A stretch of 64,000 bases of DNA from Candidatus Poribacteria bacterium. GTDB taxonomy: Bacteria; Poribacteria; WGA-4E; PCPOR2b. Under the pieces are notes generated by a model. That model was not told the origin of the DNA, made no database searches, and saw only the letters and a program-made list of their open reading frames with translations. The DNA is taken from contig OZ242326.1 of the NCBI GenBank assembly GCA_965208325.1, forward strand, positions 3,680,001 through 3,744,000, read 5' to 3'. The position numbers were made by a program, and so were the translations under genes. Below are positions 1 through 9,357 of this stretch, one piece after another; position 1 is the stretch's first letter, and every line of letters begins with the position of its first letter.

Positions 1-2
1 TC

Positions 3-911
3 GTCTTAACCGACGGCAACAAGAACGTGCTTGCCCGCTACGAATACGACGTGTTCGGCGCCGTGCGCAATGAGGTCGGTACGGGCGACACGCCGCGCAA
101 ATTCACTGGTAAAGAGTATGACAGCGATGTTAAACTCTACTACTACGGCGCGCGGTATTATGACCCGTATACCGGCAGGTTTACACAGCGTGACCCCGCG
201 GGAGACGGCATCAATTGGTATGCTTACGCCGCGAATAACCCGATGAAGTTTATTGACCCCACGGGGATGTATATTGTCCTGCCGGGCGGCACCGAAATAC
301 GCGACGTTCCTGAAATAGATGCCGATGGTAACTATATAATGCCCGACGGTTTGTCAAGCAGCAGCCAAACGGTTTGGAATTCAATGTTCACAGGGGGGAT
401 AAACGGTACAGGAATCGCTGGAAGTGAAATCGCGGGCGGTATGCTTGCCTATGTTATTAACAGCGATAGGCGAGTGGAGATTCGGTTTAGGGAGTATTCG
501 GAAGAATCGGGTATTTTCGGCGAATCCCAAAATCTGGGCGAACTTATTCTGGTAGATATCAATACGGAGCGCAAGGCGGAGAAGCTGACAATAACTCTAC
601 TTCATGAATTGTCTCATGTCCACGACTATATGACGGTACCGGCAGACTTCGTGCAAAGCAATCCATACCATGCTAGTTTTGTTTCGGAGTTGAAGGCTTA
701 TGGTCTTGGAGCCAAGTATGCAAGAGAAATGGATAGAGAAAATGGAAATTATAAATTCGGCTCGTATAGCAGGGCTACCCAATTTGAAAGACGGCACTTT
801 ACCCCCTATGATGAGGATGGCAATCGCTACGGCCCTGTTGGTCACTACGGCTATAATTCCACGAGCTTTTACATGAGACTTCACGCTTTAGCACGTGGGT
901 CAGCGCACTAA
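3..911 (+). CDS. RHS repeat-associated core protein, 3' part (starts before the window), with C-terminal zincin-like toxin domain
   Basis: Frame is open from base 3. RHS core motifs FTGKEYD..LYYYGARYYDP..GRF and DPAG..YAYAANNPMKFIDPTG. After DPTG there is LLHELSHV (HExxH) and a downstream SELKAY Glu. Confidence 0.9.
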   Translation, partial: VLTDGNKNVLARYEYDVFGAVRNEVGTGDTPRKFTGKEYDSDVKLYYYGARYYDPYTGRFTQRDPAGDGINWYAYAANNPMKFIDPTGMYIVLPGGTEIRDVPEIDADGNYIMPDGLSSSSQTVWNSMFTGGINGTGIAGSEIAGGMLAYVINSDRRVEIRFREYSEESGIFGESQNLGELILVDINTERKAEKLTITLLHELSHVHDYMTVPADFVQSNPYHASFVSELKAYGLGAKYAREMDRENGNYKFGSYSRATQFERRHFTPYDEDGNRYGPVGHYGYNSTSFYMRLHALARGSAH

Positions 912-929
912 TCTACAGGAGGCAAAACA

Positions 930-2192
930 ATGAACAAGCACAAACGAGTCTGCCTTATCTGTCTACATCTGGTCTACATGGCAAGCATAGTATCTCACGC
1001 TCAACAAGATAAGGAAATCGCATCGTTAATTCAGCAATTTGACCATCCGGAGGCGCGTGTTCAACACAGCGCGGCGTGGAATGCGGCGTCCGATGCACAG
1101 CGTTCACTCGTCGAAATTGGCGAACCCGCAGTGCCGGCTTTGATTATGGCATTAGACCACAAAAATCCCGCTGTGCGCCAGCATACTGTGGAGGTGCTGA
1201 TTGGTATACGGGCTAAAAACAACCGCATTATCAATGCCTTGTCAACGCCAAAGCATTTAGGCGTGAAGAATCTTCCAAAGCATTTAGACCTGAATCGTAA
1301 TGCTACTTACCGCATCGAAGACATTACCCGCCTCAACCAAAACATTAAACGCGCACTGATTAAAGTCTTAAAAGATGATGATGCTAAGGTGCGTTCTGAG
1401 GTAGCGAGGTATTTCTTGGACTCTCCCAAGATTTCCTCGAAAGCATTAGCGCCGGAAGTTGTTTCGGGCTTAGCCCTGTCACTCTATTATGGATCGCCCT
1501 TCTTTAGTGGATCCAATGCCGTTGAGGTTCGGTCCAAGATGTCGAGTACAGCACAGATAGCCCATGCGTTGACGTTGCAAAATAATGATGTGTTGCACAG
1601 CAGCGAATGGCCGCTTCGTTTCGGTGCCGCCGTCGCTTATGGATATGCGATTGGTAGGCGTGGGGTGTTCATAGAGGACGTGCCCCATCCCTCCGAAACG
1701 ATAAAAGCGATAATTTCTACGTTAGCTGAAGGATTAACCCATCCGGATTGGAAGACACAAGAAGACGCGATTAGGGTCTTAAATTCCCTTAGTTATGATG
1801 ATAGAGCGAGGCAAGCGCTTGAAGCATTGCCGCCTTTCGGTATCGTATTCCAAACTATCAGACACGGGCAAACAGTTGTGGATTCCTATGTTCTCGATTC
1901 ATTGAATACCGACGGCATTACTTTCAAATTCAACCGTTCAATTCACAGGATGGGGACGATTACAATCCACCCTGTTGATGGTGTGCCAAAAGTAATTGGT
2001 GAACCGCTGGCTTGGAATATTGAAAAGAGCACCCATTCAGTGACCATAACCCCCCCGGAAGGCAAAGAACTGGTGAACAAGCAGGAGTATACGATTCAAC
2101 TCAGGGATTTTAGGGATGTTCTGGGGTATCATGAACTCGGTGCCAAAATTGACTTCAGAATATCAGTCGGCACCTTCAGACACGCCCATTAA
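930..2192 (+). CDS. Secreted HEAT-repeat protein with C-terminal Ig-like domain; candidate immunity protein
   Basis: AGGAGG RBS and signal peptide. PBS-lyase/HEAT motif (IGEPAVPALIMALDH) and a beta-rich C-terminus (ITFKFNRSI..VTITPPEGKEL..YTIQL). Lies directly after the RHS stop. Confidence 0.75.
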   Translation: MNKHKRVCLICLHLVYMASIVSHAQQDKEIASLIQQFDHPEARVQHSAAWNAASDAQRSLVEIGEPAVPALIMALDHKNPAVRQHTVEVLIGIRAKNNRIINALSTPKHLGVKNLPKHLDLNRNATYRIEDITRLNQNIKRALIKVLKDDDAKVRSEVARYFLDSPKISSKALAPEVVSGLALSLYYGSPFFSGSNAVEVRSKMSSTAQIAHALTLQNNDVLHSSEWPLRFGAAVAYGYAIGRRGVFIEDVPHPSETIKAIISTLAEGLTHPDWKTQEDAIRVLNSLSYDDRARQALEALPPFGIVFQTIRHGQTVVDSYVLDSLNTDGITFKFNRSIHRMGTITIHPVDGVPKVIGEPLAWNIEKSTHSVTITPPEGKELVNKQEYTIQLRDFRDVLGYHELGAKIDFRISVGTFRHAH

Positions 2193-2216
2193 AGTGCCTA
2201 ACTCGACGGAAAAACT

Positions 2217-3505
2217 ATGAACAAGCACAAGCGATTTGGCATTATCTGTCTATATTTAGCGAGCATGGCAAGTATGCTGTGTCATGCTAACGATAAAAAC
2301 ATCCCATTGTTAATTCGCCAACTTGAACATACAAATGATGATGTCCTAAACATCACGTATGAATCACTCATCGAAATTGGCGTACCAGCCGTGCCCGCCT
2401 TGATTGAGGCATTAGGCGATTCTAATCGCGAATACCGCACAGAAGTATCGTCTGCCTTAGCGCAAATCGGTATGCCCGCTATGCCGGCATTGATTGCAGC
2501 ATTAGACCACGAAAATGCCATTGTGCGTCAGGAGGATGTGGAACAACTGCTTGTTTTAACTTTAACGAATGAAATTCCCTTCAACCACAAGGACTATAAA
2601 ACATTGTCCGCGCCATAGTTAAAGCTCTAAAAGATGATGAATATAAGGTGCGTTTTGAGGCAATGGAGTGTTTCTTGGGAATGGGCGAATCCGTGACGGA
2701 CTTACCGCCAAAATTAGCGGCGGAAGTCATATCGGGCTTAGTCCAGTCACTCTATTATGGATCGCCCTTCTTTGATGGAATCACTGCTGGTATGGTTCTT
2801 AACAGGATAGGCGATCGTGGACGGGCTGCCCTAACCGAGGCATTACACAGTAGTTCATGGCCGCTTCGTTTCGGTGCCGCCATCGCTTATGGCTATGTGT
2901 TCGAAAATATGCACCTTAGACTGTTTATCCAATCACACCAATATATAAAACCTCTCCCTAAAGCAGTAGTTCCTATTTTAGTTGAAGAATTAACCCATCC
3001 AGTTTGGAAGATACAAGACGATTCGGCTCGTGCCTTACTCAGACTCGAATTGCGCCATTGCCGCATTTGCGAACACAATGATGAAGTGAGAAAAGCGCTT
3101 GAAGCATTGCCACCCTTCGGTATCATATCCCAAACTATCAGAGATGGGGATGATGTTGATGCAATCCGTACATATCGGAATCCCGGATTTCTCAATTCAT
3201 TGAATACCGATGGCATCACTTTCAATTTCAACCGCTCAATTCGCGGGTCTTGGAAGATTACAATCAGCCCATTTACTGAAACGCAGGACGCGGCGGAAAG
3301 GAAGGCCAAACGAGTTTATGGTGAACCGCTAGGTTGGAATGTCGAAAAGGACAGCCATTCAATAACCATAACCCCTCCAGAAGGGAAAGAACTGGTAAAA
3401 GATCAGCGCTATATAATTCAACTCAGGGATGTTCGGGACATTCTGGGAAATCAAATTGATGCCGAAATCGAATTCTCAACAGTAGTGATGCTCCGTGCTC
3501 CGTAG
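2217..3505 (+). pseudogene. Frameshifted paralog of the 930-2192 HEAT+Ig gene (ORFs 2217-2618 and 2648-3505)
   Basis: Same MNKHKR start and same C-terminal blocks. The -1 frame from 2600 reads NIVRAIVKALKDDEYKVRFE, matching NIKRALIKVLKDDDAKVRSE in the paralog. One extra A in the run at 2598-2601 would restore the frame. Confidence 0.8.
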
Positions 3506-3539
3506 TTCTCCACACGCCCGTTAAAGCCTCTAACTAATC

Positions 3540-3791
3540 ATGAAACTACAATTCACCTTGCTGTTTCTCATAGTCTATCTTGTTCTGGCAAGTTGTAGGT
3601 TAAACAACTCCGCAGACAAAGTGATTAGTGACATTGAGTATGCGGTCTACCGAGCATTAGGGAGTCAAGCTCTTGTTTACGTGGGAAATGCGGGTCACGC
3701 TTTAGCGGGAGTTGCCTATTACGTGCTACTTGTGCGCAACAAGGATGGTGCTTGGAACGTTCAAAACTTGACATTAGCTTGGATTTCATAA
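3540..3791 (+). CDS. Small putative lipoprotein
   Basis: Hydrophobic signal ending in the lipobox LASC; co-oriented within the RHS locus. Confidence 0.55.
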   Translation: MKLQFTLLFLIVYLVLASCRLNNSADKVISDIEYAVYRALGSQALVYVGNAGHALAGVAYYVLLVRNKDGAWNVQNLTLAWIS

Positions 3792-3848
3792 ACCCATACC
3801 TTAAACCGCGGAGGAAAATAAACACCTTAATCTAAAGGAGAAGAACGC

Positions 3849-4349
3849 ATGACAAGAAACATCTACGCTTTAATCATTTTGTTGTTATTTGGTTTTTCTA
3901 GCACGGTAGTGGGTCAGTTTGGCGACCCGGTGCCGCGGTATCCACAAGAGATGGACGGCCCGGTCAATATGAAAAACCGTTCGCTTTATTTTTCGGCGAC
4001 GGATTTGGCTATTCCGGGGCGCGGTATCGGAATTGAGTTTACCCGCTATCACAATTCCGCCGGAATCCACGGTTCGACGAACGGGACATCTTATATCGGA
4101 CCTAAATGGAACCACAACTACCAATGGGAGATACGGTTTGGGGGGTCGAGGTCTGGTTATACCTGGGTGTGGAGAGACGGGCAGTCTTTTTATGAGCGTA
4201 GTCCCTATACGGTTACGATAATTACCGGCAGCGGTACGAAACAGAGCTTTACGGCTTCCGGCTCACGGCTCGATCAATCGGGTTGGGAGAGTCGAGCGAC
4301 ATTTAGCCCCAAAACCGGGGTGCGTGCCAGCTTGAAGTTTGAACAGTGA
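3849..4349 (+). pseudogene. N-terminal fragment of a second RHS protein (signal peptide + DUF6531-like domain), truncated
   Basis: AAGGAG RBS. GPVN..TDLAIPGRGIGIEFTRYHNS..GPKWNHNY is typical of the RHS N-terminal DUF6531 region. The TGA stop is the first 3 bases of an IS3-like end at 4347. Confidence 0.75.
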
Positions 4350-4616
4350 AATTACCCCCAAAATCTAGACAGTACCTGAAGGGGCATTTGGGGATGGAAA
4401 AACGCGCGTTCACGAGCCGGTTTGGCGTGTGTGTTGTTGCGATTTGCCGCGGGGTTTTCCATAGATTAAAAAGCGCTGGGTTACGCTTTGTGTTTTTTTC
4501 CAAGCACGTCGTTGTATGTTCGGAAGGTTTAATGTTTTCGAGTGCATTCGGCGTAATTCGCTTAACCCAACCTACAAAAGCAGTGATTTGTGTGATTGAA
4601 TGATGGGCAATTATTA
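4347..4616 (+). repeat. Direct repeat 1 (~270 bp) starting with an IS3-type terminal sequence and containing REP-like AACCCAACCTAC
   Basis: TGAAATTACCCCCAAAATCTAGACAGT start; near-identical copy at 5580 (offset 1233). Confidence 0.85.
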
Positions 4617-4869
4617 AAAGAGCTCGTGTCGGGAATCAAGACAAGATGAAACTATAACTGGAGAAAAATTAGGAAAGACTATCGCCTTCGCTATTCGCTC
4701 AATTGATCCCTCGTTATTCACTCGGTTGATCCTTCGCTATTCGCTCAGTTGAACGCTTAACCCAACCGACAAAAACATTCTCCAGCGCAGTATACGCCGC
4801 GAAACCGTTTGATGGGAAGAATGACTGCCACTGAGTGCGTTACAAATGCGGCATATGCGGGTTAAGCGT

Positions 4870-5460
4870 TTAATTCTCGTCTTTAGAGAAGTGTTTTGAA
4901 AATTCGGGTTTTAACTTGTAAACGGTTTCATGCCCGTATCCAGCCAAGCCTCCCTCTTCGGCGGGTACAACATCGGCAAACCGCCCGATTGCCTTTGTAA
5001 TTTTCGCCTCTACTGCTATGACACCGCAAGCAAACATAATATCAAGATTATCGAGCAGCGCGGCAATGACGGGGTCCGTCCCTAACGTCTCGGCGATTTG
5101 TGTGCATCGCTCGCGGTGCATCTGATAATGAAGGTTTGCTTCATGCCAGACAGAATACGGCAGGGCTTTCTTCGGCTTCTCATCCTCACTTAGCGGTGTG
5201 CGTTGGCAACAGTCGTTCGCAAGATAGCCATAGAAATTCAGAACATAAGACTTTTTCATGTGACATTTCGGACACAGTGCTTGCAAGTCGTCAAAACTTT
5301 CGTTTCCCAAAGTGTCGTAATGTAAGTGATGGATTTGCGTTGCTTCCCGGTAGCATCCGCCTTCACATTCACACTTGCCACGGCAATCGTCCAGTTTCGC
5401 CTGTCGTTTTGCTTTCCATTCCTCAGATTGCATATATTTCCGGTAGTCCACCTCGGACAT
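4870..5460 (-). CDS. HNH endonuclease-domain protein (~196 aa)
   Basis: AAGGAGG RBS before ATG 5460. Y..YMQSEEWKAKR..CECEGGC..QIHHLHY..LGNE..DLQALCPKCH is a Zn-binding HNH motif. Confidence 0.8.
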   Translation of the reverse strand: MSEVDYRKYMQSEEWKAKRQAKLDDCRGKCECEGGCYREATQIHHLHYDTLGNESFDDLQALCPKCHMKKSYVLNFYGYLANDCCQRTPLSEDEKPKKALPYSVWHEANLHYQMHRERCTQIAETLGTDPVIAALLDNLDIMFACGVIAVEAKITKAIGRFADVVPAEEGGLAGYGHETVYKLKPEFSKHFSKDEN

Positions 5461-5579
5461 GATAATAGACCTCCTTTTTTCGGGTTTTGTATGATGGGTG
5501 ACGCGAGCCAGCGCAATCCAACTTAAAACAGCGGGTAACGCCGGTACGGGGATTCCGTCATGGGATTGGTTCCGCAGGG

Positions 5580-5849
5580 TATAATTACCCCCAAAATCTA
5601 GACAGTACCTTAAGGAGCATTTGGGGCGGGAAAAACGCGCGTTCACGAGCCGGTTTGGCGTGTGTGTTGTTGCGAGTTACCGCGGGGTTTTCCAAAGATT
5701 TAAAAGCGTTGGGTTACGCTTTGCGTTTTTTACCAAGCACGTCGTTGTATGTTCGGACGGTTTAATGTTTTCGAGTGCATTCGGTTTAATTAGCTTAACC
5801 CAACCTACAAAAGCTGGGATTTGCGTGATTGAATGATAGGCGATGATTA
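5580..5849 (+). repeat. Direct repeat 2 (~270 bp), IS3-type end plus REP-like element
   Basis: TATAATTACCCCCAAAATCTAGACAGT start; aligns with 4347-4616. Confidence 0.85.
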
Positions 5850-6064
5850 GGCGAAATAAATCGCATTTTTATCCTTGGGACGGAAAAAAAGCGTTGGGTT
5901 TCGCGTCATTGTAAACAGAATGAAACATACTCGCCGTTCGAACCTCTTACTCCGAATTTTGTCTATTTCTCGGCTCAGTTCTACCCAACCTACAAAAACT
6001 CCCTATTCGTTCGCTTGATCCTTCGCTATTCGCTCAGTTGATCCTACAAAAACTGCAAGCCGTG

Positions 6065-9000
6065 TTACTTTATAATGACAAGCCGACGCGTTTGATTGTA
6101 CGATGGGGTTTTTAACCGGTAAAAATATGTTCCGCTCGCAACTCGCTCGCCGAAGGCATTACGTCCGTCCCAATAAGCAGCACGGTCTCGAGTCTCATAA
6201 AAACCAGCGGTTTTAAACCCGAGCGAGAGCGTACGCACTAAATATCCGGTTAAATCATAGATTGAAATTGATACGGGACTGTCTGCCGAGAGCTGGTACG
6301 GAATCCAGGTTTCCGGGTTGAACGGATTAGGATAGTTTGCTAACAGTTGAGTCTCTGCCGGTATCTCGTAGGCAATGAGATTTGGCAACTGAATTAGGCT
6401 TTGCTTCACATCTTCAGCGGTTACAGTATAGCGCAATGGTTTCACTCTGATTGACAGGTTGGAGGTTTGTGCCGTAATTTCAAGGATATCGCCAACCGCA
6501 GCCGCGCGTCCTGTCTCTAAGTCGACGACAGTGGAGTGATAAGCGGCCTCGCCGGGCGCCGTCACAGCGGCAACGGCTCTGCCGGTTGATAGGTTCTTGA
6601 CAGAGACTCGGAAATTGGGCACTTTTAAGTCTGTTCCCGCGTGGACAATTGCACCTTTCAATCCCAAAACGGAGGTTGTATTTCCGATCTCAATACGGGC
6701 GAGTGTTGCCGATGGGGCGGCAGCGGCGCCTGAATCATTAGCCCAAGGCTCGCCGGAGATAGGAACTGCTGCATCTCGTGAAGCGCGCAGGAAAAAGGCT
6801 TGTCCCCCGGTGATTTCAATATCTCCCGGATCGCCGGCGCGTTCTACCATCTTAAACTCACCGCCGTCGATGAGAATAATCATATTGACGTTACCACGAA
6901 TTCCCTCGAGTGCAAACAGGTCGCTGACACGGGTTACCCTCGAATCATTTAACGGCAGCCCCACAAGGCTGAACTCTTGGTTCAAGTTGATGGAGCTGAA
7001 TCCATTTGTCCCTAGCGCATCGCCCCTGAGTCGAACCGATACCGAATTTTTCAAATTAGCGACAATACCCGTTTCATCCAACAAAGTTTTATCGGCGGTG
7101 GTGCCTATGTTTGAGGCGCCGAAATAAATGCGGAACGCCCCCGCTGAGGAGTCCAAAGTGGAAAGGAAGTTAACGGTTGACGCTCCGCCGAGTACGTCGT
7201 ATAGGTCACTAATTCGTCCGACGATCTGTTCTCTCCCGTTAACCTCCGTGACTCTCAAGGGGACATGGAACAAGCTGATGCCCGCTGGTATTGACAGTGT
7301 GTATTCTAGCGGCGGCGGCGTCAGATTTTCGGCGTGCACCTCGACCCCACTGCTTCGAAGGGATGGGATGTGGGTATTGGTGGATTCGGAACTTAACGGG
7401 TTTTCCGAAACATCGACATAATCTCCCACTCCTAATCCCGCATTTGAAGCAAGGGGTGAAATGTCCGATATACGGTTGCCCTTTAGCCTCAGATGTGTCA
7501 AATTAGTCAAGTTGGATATGGCTGAGATGTCCGAAATGCTGTTGTTGTTAAGGAACAGTTGTGTCAGATTGGTCAAGTTGGATAAGGGTGAAATGTCCGT
7601 AATGGTGTTGCCGTTAAGCACCAGTTGTGTCAGATTAGTCAAGTTGGATATGGCTGAGATGTCCGATATGCTGTTGTTTTCAATGAACAGTTGTGTCAGA
7701 TTGGTCAAGTTGGATAAGGGTGAAATGTCCGTAATGGTGTTGCCGTTAAGCACCAGTTGTGTCAGATTAGTCAAGTTGGATAGGACTGAAATATCCGATA
7801 TGCTGTTGTTGTCAAGGAACAGTTGTGTCAGATTGGTCAGGTGTGTTATGGGTGAGATGTCCGAAATGCTGTTGCTGCCAAGCAACAGTATAGTCAGCCT
7901 GATTGCAGCTTCAATTCCAGTTAAATCACTAATGTTGGCGGACGAGGCGTCAAGATTAGTCAAAGTTGCCATTTCAGTTGTAATAATGGGTGCGCCCGGC
8001 GCTTTGTCAAGTTCCGATTCAATCACAGCACGGAGGTTCGGGTCGGGGATATTTACGGTTTGTGCAACAATATCGTCGTAACTAACCGTAACTCCCCTGT
8101 CTTGGAGGACAGGGATGTGTGTGTTGATGGATTCCGCGTTCAGCGGGTTCCTTCTCAAATCAACCTCATCTCCCGACCCCAATCCCGTATTTGAAACGAG
8201 GGCGGAGATGTCCGCAATGCTGTTGCCGTCAATCAACAGTTGTGACAGATTGGTCAAGTCCGCTAGGCTTGAGATGTCTGCTATGCTGTTGCTGCCAAGC
8301 CACAGTAACCTCAGCTTGGTCAAGTCCGCTAGGGATGAAATGTCTGCTATGCTGTTGTCGCTAAGCAACAATACTGTTAGCCCGATTGCAGTTTCAAGTC
8401 CAGTTATATCGCTAATGTTGGAGTCCAAGGCATCAAGACTAGTCAAATCTGCCATTTCAGTTGCGGTAATGGGGGTGCCCGGCGCTTTGTCAAGTTCCGA
8501 TTCAATCACCGCACGGAGGTTCGGGTCGGGGATATTTACGGTTTGTACAACAATATCGTCGTAACTAACCGTAACCCCCCTGTCTTGGAGGACAGGGATG
8601 TGTGTGTTGATGGATTCCGAGTTCAGCGGGTTCCTTCTCAAATCAACCACATCTCCCGATCCCAATCCTGTATTTGAAACGAGGGCGGAGATGTCCGAAA
8701 TGCGGTTGCCGTCAATCAACAGTTGTGACAGATTGGTCAGGGCCGCTAGGTGTGAAATGTCTGATATGCCGTTGCTGCCAAGCCACAGTACCGTTAGATT
8801 GGTCAAGACCGCTAGGTGTGAAATGTCTGCTATGTTGTTGCCGCTAAGCAACAATACTGTTAGCCTGATTGCAGTTTCAAGTCCAGTTAAATCGCTAATG
8901 TTGGAGTGCAAGGCATCAAGACTAGTCAAAGTTGCCATTTCAATTGCGGTAACGGGTGCGCCCGGTGCTTTTTCAAGCGCCGATTCAATCACCGCACGGA

Positions 9001-9100
9001 GGTTCGGGTCGGGGATGTTTACCGTTTGTGCGGTTACCGTCAATGGTAGTGAAAAGCATATCAGCAGGAAAAGTGTAAAACAGAATCGGGGTTTCGTCAT
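6065..9100 (-). CDS. Internalin-like leucine-rich repeat surface protein with FlgD-Ig/T9SS-type-A-like C-terminal domain
   Basis: Signal peptide, three VNIPDPNLRA capped modules, 22-aa LRRs (LxLxxNxISDISxL) and C-terminal NYPNPFNPETWIPYQL..WDGRN..SGTYFYRL. Confidence 0.9.
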   Translation of the reverse strand: MTKPRFCFTLFLLICFSLPLTVTAQTVNIPDPNLRAVIESALEKAPGAPVTAIEMATLTSLDALHSNISDLTGLETAIRLTVLLLSGNNIADISHLAVLTNLTVLWLGSNGISDISHLAALTNLSQLLIDGNRISDISALVSNTGLGSGDVVDLRRNPLNSESINTHIPVLQDRGVTVSYDDIVVQTVNIPDPNLRAVIESELDKAPGTPITATEMADLTSLDALDSNISDITGLETAIGLTVLLLSDNSIADISSLADLTKLRLLWLGSNSIADISSLADLTNLSQLLIDGNSIADISALVSNTGLGSGDEVDLRRNPLNAESINTHIPVLQDRGVTVSYDDIVAQTVNIPDPNLRAVIESELDKAPGAPIITTEMATLTNLDASSANISDLTGIEAAIRLTILLLGSNSISDISPITHLTNLTQLFLDNNSISDISVLSNLTNLTQLVLNGNTITDISPLSNLTNLTQLFIENNSISDISAISNLTNLTQLVLNGNTITDISPLSNLTNLTQLFLNNNSISDISAISNLTNLTHLRLKGNRISDISPLASNAGLGVGDYVDVSENPLSSESTNTHIPSLRSSGVEVHAENLTPPPLEYTLSIPAGISLFHVPLRVTEVNGREQIVGRISDLYDVLGGASTVNFLSTLDSSAGAFRIYFGASNIGTTADKTLLDETGIVANLKNSVSVRLRGDALGTNGFSSINLNQEFSLVGLPLNDSRVTRVSDLFALEGIRGNVNMIILIDGGEFKMVERAGDPGDIEITGGQAFFLRASRDAAVPISGEPWANDSGAAAAPSATLARIEIGNTTSVLGLKGAIVHAGTDLKVPNFRVSVKNLSTGRAVAAVTAPGEAAYHSTVVDLETGRAAAVGDILEITAQTSNLSIRVKPLRYTVTAEDVKQSLIQLPNLIAYEIPAETQLLANYPNPFNPETWIPYQLSADSPVSISIYDLTGYLVRTLSLGFKTAGFYETRDRAAYWDGRNAFGERVASGTYFYRLKTPSYNQTRRLVIIK

Positions 9101-9357
9101 CGGTTAATCTCCTATGTAAATAGGGTGAGACATTTTTAATTTATAGTGAAACTTAGAATTAATGAGACACGCTAGACCGGTGTTGTGACCAACCGCCCTT
9201 ACTGGGCTCGATAAATCGGGATCGAAACCGAGGGGCGCGAGTGTCGATTTATATTTGGTGTTGACGAGCATTTGTAGGTTGAGTGGAGCAAGTAAGCGAG
9301 TTATGTGCCGCGAATCGGAGATTGCTCCCAACCAACCTACAAAAACTGCAAGCCGTG

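Noticed and set aside
4346..5836. ORFs 4346-4603 and 5621-5836, and the long HNH N-terminal extension to 5646
   Set aside because: They lie inside the non-coding direct repeats; the RBS supports ATG 5460.
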